Source: Octopus sinensis (taxonomy: Eukaryota). Taken from it: a stretch of 23,897 nucleotides of DNA. A program made the position numbers and the translations under genes. Shown one piece after another: positions 1-10,609 of the stretch. The first letter of the stretch is position 1. Each line of letters opens with the position of its first letter. The notes under the pieces were generated by a model. It ran no database searches. It was not told the DNA's origin and was given only the letters and a program-made list of their open reading frames with translations. The DNA is taken from positions 1-23,897 of the forward strand of contig NW_021836559.1 in NCBI RefSeq assembly GCF_006345805.1, written 5' to 3'.

Positions 1-95
1 TACGTATATATATATATGTGTATATACATATACGTATAAGTACATCTACATACGTTTATAGACATGCCTATGTACATGCAGACATGCACGCATGC

Positions 96-144
<49 letters not shown>

Positions 145-195
145 ATCTATCTATCTATATTTATATACGCGCGTGCGCACGCACACACACACACG
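96..195. repeat. (CTAT)n followed by (CA)-type microsatellite
   Basis: Direct: ctatctatctat run 96-157, then cacacaca to ~195. Confidence 0.95.
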
Positions 196-397
196 GTTCC
201 GGGTAAAGAATCTGATGCAAAGGTTTCCAGTCGATGAAATAAAGTTTCTAAATTCTTTCCAAGTTGTTGACAGAATACTTTGGTGGCCAGACGATATCTT
301 CGATTCCGTTGTGAGGAATTAAGAATCTTTAAACTTCGTTATTAAACATTAACAGAGAATTGTATAAGAATGGTCCGGTTTGTGCTCTTTGTTATAT

Positions 398-520
398 TGT
401 CCGTATGGTTAGTAAACCAGTTTCACAATCCCATGATTTCTAGTTCAAGCCCACTTTACAGCATCATAGGAACGTATCTGCTATCATTTAATCCTTGGAT
501 CGACCAAAACTTTAAGTGGG
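398..520 (+). mobile_element. Highly diverged head of tRNA-derived SINE (family 1)
   Basis: tggttagtaaac...gatttctagttcaagcccac...ccttggatcgaccaaaactttaagtgg aligns by eye, collinearly, to the reverse complement of the better copies at 16775-17137 and 21305-21664. Confidence 0.45.
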
Positions 521-718
521 TGGGGAAACAGGAAAAGGGTGGAAAACGGGTGGTTGGGCCATATCTAATAAATCAGGATATTTGCTCTTTGACTTCCTTA
601 CAAACGCTAGGATATTGCTCTCCCACGTCCGACAAAGCCACAACAAACAATAGCTTTGGTCATTCTGGAAATTTCCCTCCTTCACGCATCGCCATTTGTT
701 ACAATAGCCGAAGTCATT

Positions 719-789
719 GCTTTTAATTAAACAAAATGATTGTCTTTATTTTGGCTTTTAATTAAACAAAATGATTGTCTTTATTTTGG
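719..789. repeat. Exact 35-bp tandem duplication
   Basis: gcttttaattaaacaaaatgattgtctttattttg occurs at 719-753 and 754-788. Confidence 0.95.
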
Positions 790-951
790 ATTATGACGTC
801 TGAAGAGGTTTTTTTTAAAATTGTTATTTTCAGTAAAATTAATTGGAAAGTAAGAAGAAATGGTTGGAATAACTTGAATAAACGCTGTAAGCTGCGGACA
901 GACACGGCCAGTGTGCGACTGAGGTCATGTATACATACATATATATCTATG

Positions 952-996
<45 letters not shown>

Positions 997-1000
<4 letters not shown>

Positions 1001-1862
1001 GGGTAAATTCCAGAACATTTGAGACTTTTTCAGGAGAGACATTTATTAATTTCAAAGACGTACAAAAACTTCAAAGTATGAATATTCTGACTTTGTAGCA
1101 CTCCAGACACTTCCTGAAGGCCCCATGGAAGTCAGGATCTTTGTCAGAATGTCCTTCATCTTCGAAACAATTACCCTTGAAGTTCTCCTTCATCTTGGAC
1201 AATAACCAAGTTTCAGGAAGCAAGTTCTGTGAGAGTCAGTTTTGATACTAATTTCTGTCAAGCAGTTGAATACTCGGATGTTTGACTCAGCACCCTGAGA
1301 ACAAACTTTGCACAAATTTGGCGCATGTTGAAATCTTCGTGAATAATTCTTCATGTGGTGTAGAGTGACCAGAGCAACGTGAAGCTGTGAACTTATCTTT
1401 TCAGACTCGTGACGGTCATCATCGATAAAATTGTGAATTTTCTCAACTACCTTTGACATTCTGACATCTCTTCCCTTCCCCCTTCTCTCATCATCTCTCA
1501 CTTCCTCTCTGCCATTTTTTAACCTGTTGTGCCAAGTAAAAGAGTCAATCCAGAAGAAGTCTGAAGCATTCCATTAGATTCTGTAACGTTTTTTTAAATC
1601 CAGTTTAACAAAAACCGTTCTTGAATATCGATCTTCCAAACATCCCGACTGCATCCCGCAAACTGGTCAGCTGTGATAAGCAACGTTTAGGAGAGAGTGG
1701 CTTCAAAGTGCTGTTACATCCGTCTCATTCAATCTGGAATAACTAAAGGTGGCAGGTCAGCTTATTAGATGTATGGCGATGATTTACTGAAATTACAATA
1801 ATCTAGAATACTTATAACTGACTCCCAAAAAAAATCTAAAAACATCGAGAATTCACCTCGTA
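997..1862 (-). mobile_element. Internally deleted, decayed mariner (Tc1/mariner) DNA transposon
   Basis: Minus-strand frames give TWHNRLKNGREEVRDDERRG...KIHNFIDDDRH (mariner HTH region), IIHEDFNMRQICAKFVLRVLS (the AKFVPR linker), then directly NIRVFNCLTEISIKT and WLLSKMKENFKGNCFE...DFHGAFRKCLECYK (C-terminus). Ends are degenerate TIRs (TA-ctgggtaaattccagaacatttgagacttttt vs rc TA-cgaggtgaattctcgatgtttttagatttttt, ~22/34 identical), with TA at 997-998 and 1861-1862. Confidence 0.85.
1100..1615 (-). pseudogene. Mariner transposase remnant (frameshifts, stops, central catalytic region missing)
   Basis: ORF 1190-1501(-) is part of it. The region carrying the first two catalytic Asp motifs is absent, with the junction near 1285, and the YSPDL motif is eroded. 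Confidence 0.8.
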
Positions 1863-1955
1863 CACATGTATATACACGTACACACACGCACACTCACACA
1901 CACACACACACGCACACATATGTATATATATGTATATATATGCGTGTGTATACAC
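1863..1955. repeat. Compound (CA)/(TA) microsatellite
   Basis: Direct inspection. Confidence 0.9.
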
Positions 1956-2475
1956 TTCGCCCCCAATTATTTCTGCAAGTATATATTGAGACAACACAAG
2001 AATCGATCCATTGTTGCTGTTTATATTGGAATGCATCGGATGACGTCATCAATATGGCAGATATCGATGAGACAAACATTTAATCATCGTCAGCGTGAAC
2101 GTCAAGACTTATTTAATGGAAATGGCGATCTTAAGAACGTTATGTTTTGGTTGCTTGGGCAGGGAGTTAGGGATTTAATGGCGGTTGGTCAGGGTGTTAA
2201 AGGATCACGGTCATTATTTTATTTAGGGATCTCGAGACCGGGGAGAGGAATAGAAACATACAGCCTAAAACCAGAGACTCGAAGCGAATCCTTCTAATTG
2301 GAATAAAGACATCGAAACACAGGCTGGAGGTGGTAAAGTGGGAGATGGATTAAGGCCACCACTTACACAACCGGAATAAATGGCAAAAGACATCTCGTCC
2401 GATCCTCAAATAATTCTATCGATTTACCGTTCTGTAGGGATTGATGATCTTTCAACTAATGAAAACATTACAAGA

Positions 2476-2569
2476 CACACGTGCGTGTGCGCGCGCGTGT
2501 GTGTGTATACATCCATCCATCCATCCATCCATCCATCCATACATACATCCATACATACATACATATATA

Positions 2570-2628
<59 letters not shown>

Positions 2629-2634
2629 TATATA
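2476..2634. repeat. Compound (GT)/(CATC)/(CATA)/(TA) microsatellite
   Basis: Direct inspection. Confidence 0.95.
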
Positions 2635-3088
2635 ATTTCAACAATTGAGGGTAAAATTAATTAATTATTAATCAATTTCACCAAGTATTCCGTATGTAAA
2701 GGGACCATTTTAGGCGGATTCAAAATATTACATTATATATAAGGGCTTAGTAAAATAAATTACTTTGCCACATACTGAACTCATTAGAAATAGCAGCTAA
2801 AGAAATTTCTTCAGCTATTTCTAATACTTAAAGAAGATCTCTCTCAGATAGTGCTTGCCTAAACCAACTCACAAAGGTATGGGGGAAAAAACATTAAAAA
2901 ACATAAAAAATTTTGCACTTGATTTTTTAATGTTTTTTCCCCCATACCTTTGTGAGTTGGTTTAGGCAAGCACTATCTGAGAGAGATCTTCTTTAAGTAT
3001 TAGAAATAGCTGAAGAAATTTCTTTAGCTGCTATTTCTAATGAGTTCAGTATGTGGCAAAGTAATATTTTACTAAGCCCTTATATATA

Positions 3089-3090
<2 letters not shown>
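2635..3090 (-). mobile_element. Foldback element A: ~170-bp near-perfect inverted repeat plus ~100-bp unique tail, between (TA)n tracts; probable Penelope-like derivative
   Basis: Arms 2732-2901 and 2923-3090 are reverse complements except one 2-nt indel; loop 2902-2922 (21 nt). The unique AT-rich tail 2635-2731 abuts (TA)n. PLE origin is inferred from the layout shared with elements B and C. Confidence 0.6.
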
Positions 3091-3142
<52 letters not shown>

Positions 3143-3199
3143 TACATATACATAAATATATTTATGTGCGTGTATATACATAATATATATATATATAAT

Positions 3200-3232
<33 letters not shown>

Positions 3233-3328
3233 GTATGTATTTATGTATGTATTTATGTTGTTGTATGTATGTATGTATGTATGTATGTATATGTGTATGT
3301 ATGTATATAATGTGTATACATGCAAACA
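3091..3328. repeat. Compound (TA)/(TATG) microsatellite
   Basis: Direct inspection. Confidence 0.95.
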
Positions 3329-3574
3329 TATCGCTGCTATTATGTTAAACTGTCGTATGTCCAACTTCGTCCAAATGCATTTTTTCAACATTTATTTCTT
3401 GCTTGCAATAGCCGGTTCTTTTGATCAAACTATCGTATCTCCAGCTGCTTCTGATGCCAAGATGCAGAACAACGGTTTTGCTAATGTAAAAAGAAATGCA
3501 ATAGTGAAACTATTTTTTTTTTGTTTTCTGCAAAAGCAACGTTTTGGACTTACGACACTTTTGCATAATAGCAA

Positions 3575-3579
<5 letters not shown>
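3329..3579. mobile_element. Unclassified ~250-bp MITE with 36-bp TIRs and TA termini
   Basis: Left tatcgctgctattatgttaaactgtcgtatgtccaa vs rc of right end tatcattgctattatgcaaaagtgtcgtaagtccaa: 30/36 identical. Both ends lie on TA, and the interior is non-coding. Confidence 0.7.
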
Positions 3580-3628
<49 letters not shown>

Positions 3629-3654
3629 AGGAGAGAGAACGATTGATAGATAGA

Positions 3655-3742
3655 AGGCTTTTGTCGGCCCAAAGCTGTAGTAGAAGTCTCTTGCCCAAAT
3701 GCCACGCAGTGGTACTGAACCCGGAACAATGTGGTTGGGATA
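3655..3742 (-). mobile_element. Partial tRNA-derived SINE (family 1) head
   Basis: gtcggcccaaagctgtagtagaagtctcttgcccaaatgccacgcagtggtactgaacccggaacaatgtggttgg matches the corresponding part of the 21305-21664 copy. Confidence 0.8.
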
Positions 3743-3744
3743 TG

Positions 3745-3782
<38 letters not shown>

Positions 3783-4001
3783 TATGTATGTATATGTATG
3801 TGTATATATATATATGCATACACACACATTGATGTTTGTATATATGTGTGTGTTTATATGTATGTTTGTATAATACATGTATACGTTCGTGTATGCATAT
3901 ATGAATACTCACACATATATAAATATATAATACACACTCGTATATATGTATGCATATATATATATGCGTGTGTATATATGCATATGTATATATATCTATG
4001 C

Positions 4002-4075
<74 letters not shown>
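3743..4075. repeat. Compound (TA)/(TATG)/(GT) microsatellite
   Basis: Direct inspection. Confidence 0.95.
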
Positions 4076-4145
4076 ATATATGTATCCACTTCTGTATGAA
4101 TATCGATAAACGCGGTTTCTGTTTCGATCCCAGATCAAAAGAACT

Positions 4146-4215
4146 GAGGTCAATGAGTTTGACCTCTCAAATTTCCAGTTGGATTCGCTTATGCTAATTA
4201 AGTTAATTAGCATAA
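4146..4215. other. Two adjacent perfect inverted repeats (8-bp arms and 13-bp arms)
   Basis: gaggtcaa-tgagt-ttgacctc (4146-4166) and ttatgctaattaa-g-ttaattagcataa (4189-4215). Confidence 0.9.
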
Positions 4216-4282
4216 ACTAATGGCGGCTCCAACGTTTGACCCGTTCCTCGTGATGGCGCTGCTGGTTTTGTTGATAGTGTTA

Positions 4283-4515
4283 GCCTCGTATAATGGCGGC
4301 GGCGGCGGCGGTTGCGGGGCTGGTGCTGGTGATGGCGGTGATGCAAATGGTAATGATGGTGACGTTGGCGGGGATATTAATAAGACTGGTGGTGGTGAGG
4401 TAGTGTTTGGGGTGTAGTGGTGATGGTAGTAGTGATAGGGGTAATATTTGTCACACTGGTTTAGTGGTATTAGAGTTGGTTTTGATGGTGGTGGTGGTGG
4501 TGGTGGTGGTGGTGG
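4283..4515. repeat. GGC/GGT/GAT trinucleotide-rich low-complexity tract
   Basis: Direct inspection; the source of the Gly-rich pseudo-ORF 4220-4417. Confidence 0.85.
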
Positions 4516-4683
4516 AGTAGCGGCATTTCTACAAGAGAGAAACTTTTATCGGATATTAGGCTGGTATTTCAAATACTTCCGGTCCCTGGCCCACGATGGG
4601 GGTAAGTGTAGGGAGTGATTAGTACTCCTTTAATATCTCCCCTATATCTATGTTCGAGTGTACGTACACGTACGTGCCTGTGT

Positions 4684-4726
<43 letters not shown>

Positions 4727-4799
4727 ACCTGTGTGTGTGTGTGTGTGTGCGTGTGTGTGTAGATATTTGGTGTACCATAGTGATGGCATGATTCATCTG

Positions 4800-5330
4800 A
4801 TACAGCAGCAATGGGCAGTTGTTGCAGAATGATATCGAGTCAAAATCAATTCCAATGACTGCACATTGAACAAAGGGATTCCAAACTGCTGCAGCTCGGT
4901 CTGTGAATCGTTTGGCGAACTCAGAAAGAGAACCTTTCCTTATCTCAATCACCCCAACAAACTCCTTATTTTCTGGACCCTTTGAGTCTTTTCTCTTGTC
5001 TGTGGCTGCTGAAGCTCGATCGCGTCCAGCCAAACATTAACATCCTGTAAGTCTTTGACGGTCAGCGTCACCTGGCGAGAAAGGTTCACAAGAGGCGAAT
5101 TCTTCCGACAAATCGAAGCCCTTGAATCCACGCTGTGCAGTCACTTTCTGAGATGGTCTGGGCATTTAGTGCTCATGTCTGACTCAAGTCTCCCTTCTTT
5201 GTGGTCAACTACATTATTTGGTCATTGTGTGGTCGGAAGACCAAAGAAGTGGTTTAAAGATCAGCCGAAGACCATTTTAGAGAGGAATAATATGAATATT
5301 TCTTCAAGAATACAAAATATCAATTCCAAT
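4800..5330 (+). mobile_element. Decayed RTE-clade LINE, 3' part of RT ORF
   Basis: Successive frames read INSNDCTLNKGIPN...FGELRKRTF, LVCGC*S, VTWRERFT...IEALESTL and LRWSGHLVLMSDSSLP...VGRPKKWFKDQPK. These match the RTE C-terminal motifs 'AFGRLRKRV', 'LLYGCE', 'LRWAGHV.RM...RLP' and 'GRPKKRFKD'. Includes ORF 5055-5468. Confidence 0.8.
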
Positions 5331-6059
5331 CAATCCATTCATTTCGGTGTTCAATGTCGGATTAGAATTGATATGGAGGTTGCTGGGGGGGGGGAGGCAT
5401 GCTCATTTTTCAATAAACACACACACGTGGATACATGCATACATATATTCATACTTGCAGACAGATAGACAAACAGACGGACAGACAGACACACACACAG
5501 AGTCAGCTAGCCAGGAACATAGATCGATCGATAGATAGATATGTCTGTGCAGGAATCTGTGGACTTCAATAATCTCTATAGAAATCATTTTGGGTTGGTC
5601 ATACTGCAGAGCAGAATGTGTGCGTGTGCGTATTACTATCTGGGACGTGTTGGAATGAATTGATCGCCATTCAAGAAAGTTCTGGATGCAAGAAAGAATA
5701 AATTAACAACAATAGATCGTAAAGAATGGTTATGAAACATTCTGGTGGAACGAGGGTGGGGATGTAGAATTGGTTGTGGTGGTGGTGGTTTAGAGTAGAA
5801 GTTTGATGTGGTGTGGTGTGTAGGTTAGACGGTGGAGGAGAAGTGATAAACTGTGTAAAGAATGTAGGGGGACATAGGGGAGGTGGGAGTGGCGGAGACA
5901 ATGATAGTAGGAGTGATGGAAAGAGGAGAGAAGAAGGAGAGGCGGGAGTGGACGGAGGGAGAGAGACAGTGGAAGATGTTAAGAAAAGAAACTACATTGA
6001 GATGACAATCGGATGTAAGAACAGACCCAGCACTGACTTTAGCAAAAAGGCTGGTGACG

Positions 6060-6154
6060 CCATTAATACCACAACTATCATCATCATCATCATCATCATG
6101 ACCATCGCCACTACCACCTCTACCAGCATAAACACCTCCATAACTACTACTACT

Positions 6155-6186
<32 letters not shown>

Positions 6187-6192
6187 ATACTA

Positions 6193-6225
<33 letters not shown>

Positions 6226-6240
6226 ATAATAATAATAATC
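6060..6240. repeat. (CAT)/(CAC)/(TAC)/(TAA) trinucleotide tract
   Basis: Direct inspection. Confidence 0.9.
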
Positions 6241-6472
6241 ATTCACATACTTCCCTTGTACACGCTCATACATGCACACTTGTACTCACACAGAGTTGAA
6301 ACACTGATTTTTTTTCACCCCTGCCTTCCTTATTCATCTATCACCCTTTCCTTTTTCTCATTGCTATTACTTTCTCTCACTCCTTCTCAGTCAGAGCTAT
6401 TACTCTCACTACTTCTCCTTCACTGAATTACTATTTTCTCTCCTCCTCCGCGTCCTGCGTGATTCTGGACAA

Positions 6473-6519
6473 TATATATATATATATATGCACTCATATA
6501 TATATATATATATATATAC

Positions 6520-6577
<58 letters not shown>

Positions 6578-6585
6578 CACATATA
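6473..6585. repeat. (TA)n microsatellite
   Basis: Direct inspection. Confidence 0.95.
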
Positions 6586-6689
6586 TAAAAACACTACGCT
6601 CAATCTTATATTAGATTATTATTATTATTATTGTTGTTGTTATTAGGCTTAGGGATAGCGTTATAACTCGCTATGCATATCCTTCATGC

Positions 6690-7190
6690 TTCACAAGAAA
6701 ACGTCAGTCGAGTACAGAGTTGTGATAAGAAATTAAAGTGACAGACGAACAGGAATTATGCCATGAACATCGTCAGCTTAGTTCCTGCTCTCTGGTGCAA
6801 CGCTCTCCGCTATTTTATTGGGGAAAGTATTTACATAAAACTTTTCCTAAATAAGATTGCACTTCATCTTTGTAGATGCTACATAAAACTAATGAGCACG
6901 CGTACGTGATTTATATTAATATAATGAACCAAAATGTTAATTACTTCCGATTAAACCTTTGATGATTAATTATGTTAACATCTTTGTTATATTCATCCGT
7001 TGTTGTATGACGTCACAACATTACTGAACGTTTAATACTATAATATAACTCTCAATTGACTCTCAGATGTGGCGGCCACAGCCACTTTTCCTGATGAGTG
7101 TCAGTAAAGCCGAAACACTATCAGAGTTATCCCTATGCTGTCAACCATAAATTTTATTCCCTATAAAAATTCCTTTTATTTTAAATTATG
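6690..7190 (+). mobile_element. Decayed Penelope-like element 3' end (GIY-YIG relic, 3' UTR, hammerhead-like motif)
   Basis: From 6697 one frame reads ENVSRVQSCDKKLK*QTNRN, then HEHRQ in a shifted frame (cf. 'NVVY...C.K.YIGQT.R.L..R..EH'). IYINIMN near 6910-6930 resembles the terminal 'E..YI....P.LN'. An HHR core follows at 7091-7122. Confidence 0.5.
7084..7130 (+). ncRNA. Degenerate minimal type I hammerhead ribozyme motif
   Basis: CUGAUGA 7091-7097 and GAAAC 7112-7116. Stem III is ACA-C-UAU (palindrome ACA-C-UGU with one change) and the triplet is AUC. Stem I acttt/agagt needs a 2-nt bulge, and stem II is poor. Confidence 0.4.
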
Positions 7191-7418
7191 GGGCGAGGAC
7201 AGGTGGTCTCCCCTGCCTTTCTTCACCAGAATTAGTCGTTAAAGATAGATGTAATTATAATTAATTGAAACAATCTACATCCTCGTTACATTAAGTGCCT
7301 ACTCTACTGTTTGTATTTTATGCAGCTGACGCCCCTGAGCACCCCCAGCCCACAGAAGCCTTTCTTGACTGTGTTTAGTTGGACAACTATAATGGATATG
7401 ACAATACTCCGCTACCAT

Positions 7419-7419
<1 letters not shown>

Positions 7420-7464
<45 letters not shown>

Positions 7465-7513
7465 TGTGTATGTGTGTGTGTGTGTGTGTGTGAGAGTGTG
7501 TGTGTGTGTGTGT

Positions 7514-7549
<36 letters not shown>

Positions 7550-7990
7550 ACGCGTATTTGGTTGACTAGAATGATATGGAGTGTGTGTGTAGCAATATTT
7601 CTTCACCACCACCACCGCCTCCGCCGCCGCCGCGACCATCATCATCACCATCATTAACAACACTATCAGCCCCATCACTGCCACCACCACTATTATCACA
7701 ACAGCAACAACAACAATCATGAGAACAATTTAAAGATTGTACAATCATGTAAAGTACGAAGTGATGTTCAGTTTACAAAAGCCATCGACCCCCCCACCAC
7801 CCGCCACCAACGACACTCGTACTACCATCACCACCACCACCATCACCATCACTACCGCTGCCATCACCATGTCCACCATCAACACCACCACCACCACCAT
7901 CACCACCAACAACAATAACAACAACACTTCTACTAACTTCAGTAGAAGAACCTCCCCACCGCCATTCCCCCGCCCCGTCGCCGCTGTAAC
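7420..7990. repeat. (GT)n then (CAC)/(CAT)/(CAA) trinucleotide-rich tracts
   Basis: Direct inspection. Confidence 0.9.
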
Positions 7991-8149
7991 AGCCATCCCC
8001 TCCACCCCCCATCCTTCCAGTCACCCTCTGTCTCTCCTCCTCCCTTATCCATTCATCTCTGCCTTCTCCCCTTCTATTGTCGTAGAGTCGTGATGCCTAG
8101 ACCTTCTCTTGTCTATTTAGCCGCAAAGCATTAGCCATATTAAATAGTG

Positions 8150-9010
8150 CGCGTGTGCGTGTGTGTGAGCTTATACATACATGCATACATACATATATAT
8201 TTATTTATATATATACGTATACATACACACAGCGCACACGCACACAAACACATACAGACACACACACACATATAGACACGCTTGCACAAGCGCATGTATG
8301 CTGGCAAATTTCTCGTTTACAAGATTGGGCGGTTGTGTGTGTGTATGTGTATGTGCCCGTGTGTGTGTGTGTGTATGTGCCCGTGTGTGTGTGTGCATAA
8401 GACGATAGTCAGTTGCCGTGGTGTGTGTGTGTGTGCTTGGGTGGCGGTGGATGTGTGTTTTAATATAGATAGATGGCTATTAGCGGCTGAGTGGAGGAGC
8501 GGGGTGAGGGCGACGGCACGTGCTCTTCTACCACAACAACCTTCATATACACTCTCATAGAACCATACAGATATAGAGACACATGCATGTGCACGCATAC
8601 ACACACACGCATACACACACACACACACACACACACGAAGCGAAGGCGCTTTTGCACGCATCAATACAAACAAATATAATATGCACAAATTCCTCCTTTG
8701 ACATTTATAAGTATTCAAACATACACACATACACAGACGCATACATGCACATACATGCATACACAGACGCATACATGCATATACATGCGTAGACGAAGCA
8801 CATACACAAATATTTACACACAGGCATAGACACTGTGCACGTGCAGTGATAGATACATGCTTATACGAACACGTAAATACATAAACACATACTCATACAC
8901 ACACACACACACACACACACACATGCACACAAATACTTATACATATCTCTCCATCCATTCACGCATACATGTATACGTACTTACACATACATACACAAAC
9001 ACATCCATCC
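8150..9010. repeat. Compound CA/GT/CATA microsatellite region with short tandem units
   Basis: Direct inspection; includes a 30-bp two-copy unit at 8731-8790 and gtgtatgtgcccgtgtgtg twice near 8345-8395. Confidence 0.8.
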
Positions 9011-10199
9011 ATCCCTACAAATAAGGATGAATACGTTGCAACCGAAGGATCAAAAGAATATTGGCGGAACTCAAAATAAAAAAGACCCCCCACCCCTAAA
9101 AAACCAAGAGAACTCAATGAATATCCTCCCCGTCCGACTGGTCTTCTTGTTTGGGCCACAAAATAAAGATGTGCTCTTTTATGGAGATTAACTGGTCACT
9201 TGACACTATTGTGGTCAGGAAATGGAAAGAATACATCTATGGACCATTGAAGAGAAGCCTGAAGCGGCAGAGTCTGGGATATGATTCCAGTTTTATTTTT
9301 GTTATTATCGGAGCGACAGGATAAGTGCCAGCCGGTCTGTGTTGTAACTTGGATTCCCGGAGAAAGACCGCAGGTCCATAATTAATGCACATCAGATGAT
9401 AACAATATCTGGAACAATAAAAATATGAAAAACTTTACAAAAATTTAAAGGTGGAAAGTTGTGTGAAGGATTACGGGGAAAATAAGATCCTTTCCTCTAT
9501 AAAAGTGTTACCGATCGAGGCCGGTGTCATGTTAAACTCTAAAATTCCTATCAGAAATAAAGAAATACAAATCCATACATGCATGCAGGCATACATGGAA
9601 GTATTCACACACACACACACACACATGCACGCATGCACACACCGCACATATGACTGCATATATTCATTAATGAATACATCATACATGCGTGCATATACAG
9701 ACATATCTACATATACACATACGTACATGAATATGTGCGTACACATATTTGCATCCATATATTCATTCAAACATACATATATTTATGATATGTATGTATA
9801 TGTGAGTATGTTTGTATGCAAGCGCACGTGCGTATGTGTAAAAAGTGACAGAAAGTGAAAACTAATATTGTCTTGATGATTGGAATTTCTGACGTTTCGG
9901 AGAAATTACTTTGTCCAGGCTGAAATAATAAAAGAAATATGGGAAGCCAGAAAAGTTTTGCCTTAATGCTAACATACTTTTCATCTTGGTTTTGTGAAAA
10001 CTACTGGGTGGACAGACTGAAGAATCCAGCTGATAAATTGTGTTCTTACTTTAAAAAGACAACACTGTGTTACTCTCATTCTCTCTAAGAATTACATTAT
10101 AGCTATACATGCTGCGGGATACCCAACCACATAAAGTCATGTTTAATAAGTAGATACTTCAGTTAACTGGTCTCCTTTATTTTCTATTCCCACCCAGAG

Positions 10200-10560
10200 A
10201 AGAATCGTTGTCTTTAAGGGTAAAAGCGTGTGTTTACTAAAACCTCATACCTGTAAGTTTACTTTACATCTCGATTTAACAACACAAAAGTTGCTTTATA
10301 GTTGCTCGTCTATTAATTCGTTCGTATGGCGCACGATTGCCTTGCTATGTGAATTAGAAGAGATTATTTCAGTTGTATCGGAGAATGGGTGTATTATAAA
10401 TAGCAACAAGCTTTCTCTGGCCAGGGAAGTCAGTAAACGATCTCTGATGAGACTGTGTAAACCACTGAAACTAGTTTGAGCCGATCTCAGTTTTCTGTCC
10501 ACAGAGAGAAATATGACGACAGTATGTTTTTCAGAACGAGGCTAAAGATGGACGTCCGAT
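10200..10560 (+). mobile_element. Possible decayed Penelope-like 3' end
   Basis: ORF 10228-10479 contains HLDLTTQKLLYSCSS...RTIALLCELEEII...CIINS, loosely like the PLE endonuclease C-terminus 'H.FD....KIL....R..LE..I....IN'. It is immediately followed by an HHR core. Confidence 0.4.
10438..10483 (+). ncRNA. Minimal type I hammerhead ribozyme motif, partly degenerate
   Basis: CUGAUGA 10444-10450, GAAA 10467-10470, palindromic stem III ACUAGU 10470-10475, triplet GUU. Stem I (cgatct / tgagccg) and stem II are imperfect. Confidence 0.5.
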
Positions 10561-10609
10561 AAATTCACATCGTAATTTCATATTACAATTCTCTCTTTCA
10601 CGTTGACTC

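Noticed and set aside
370-726. 118-aa ORF as a real protein
   Set aside because: Overlaps a decayed SINE head (398-520), and no recognisable domain is present in any frame.
7300-7425. Candidate internal exon after the acceptor tttgtattttatgcag (LTPLSTPSPQKPF...)
   Set aside because: Open in one frame only, with no convincing donor and no recognisable homology.
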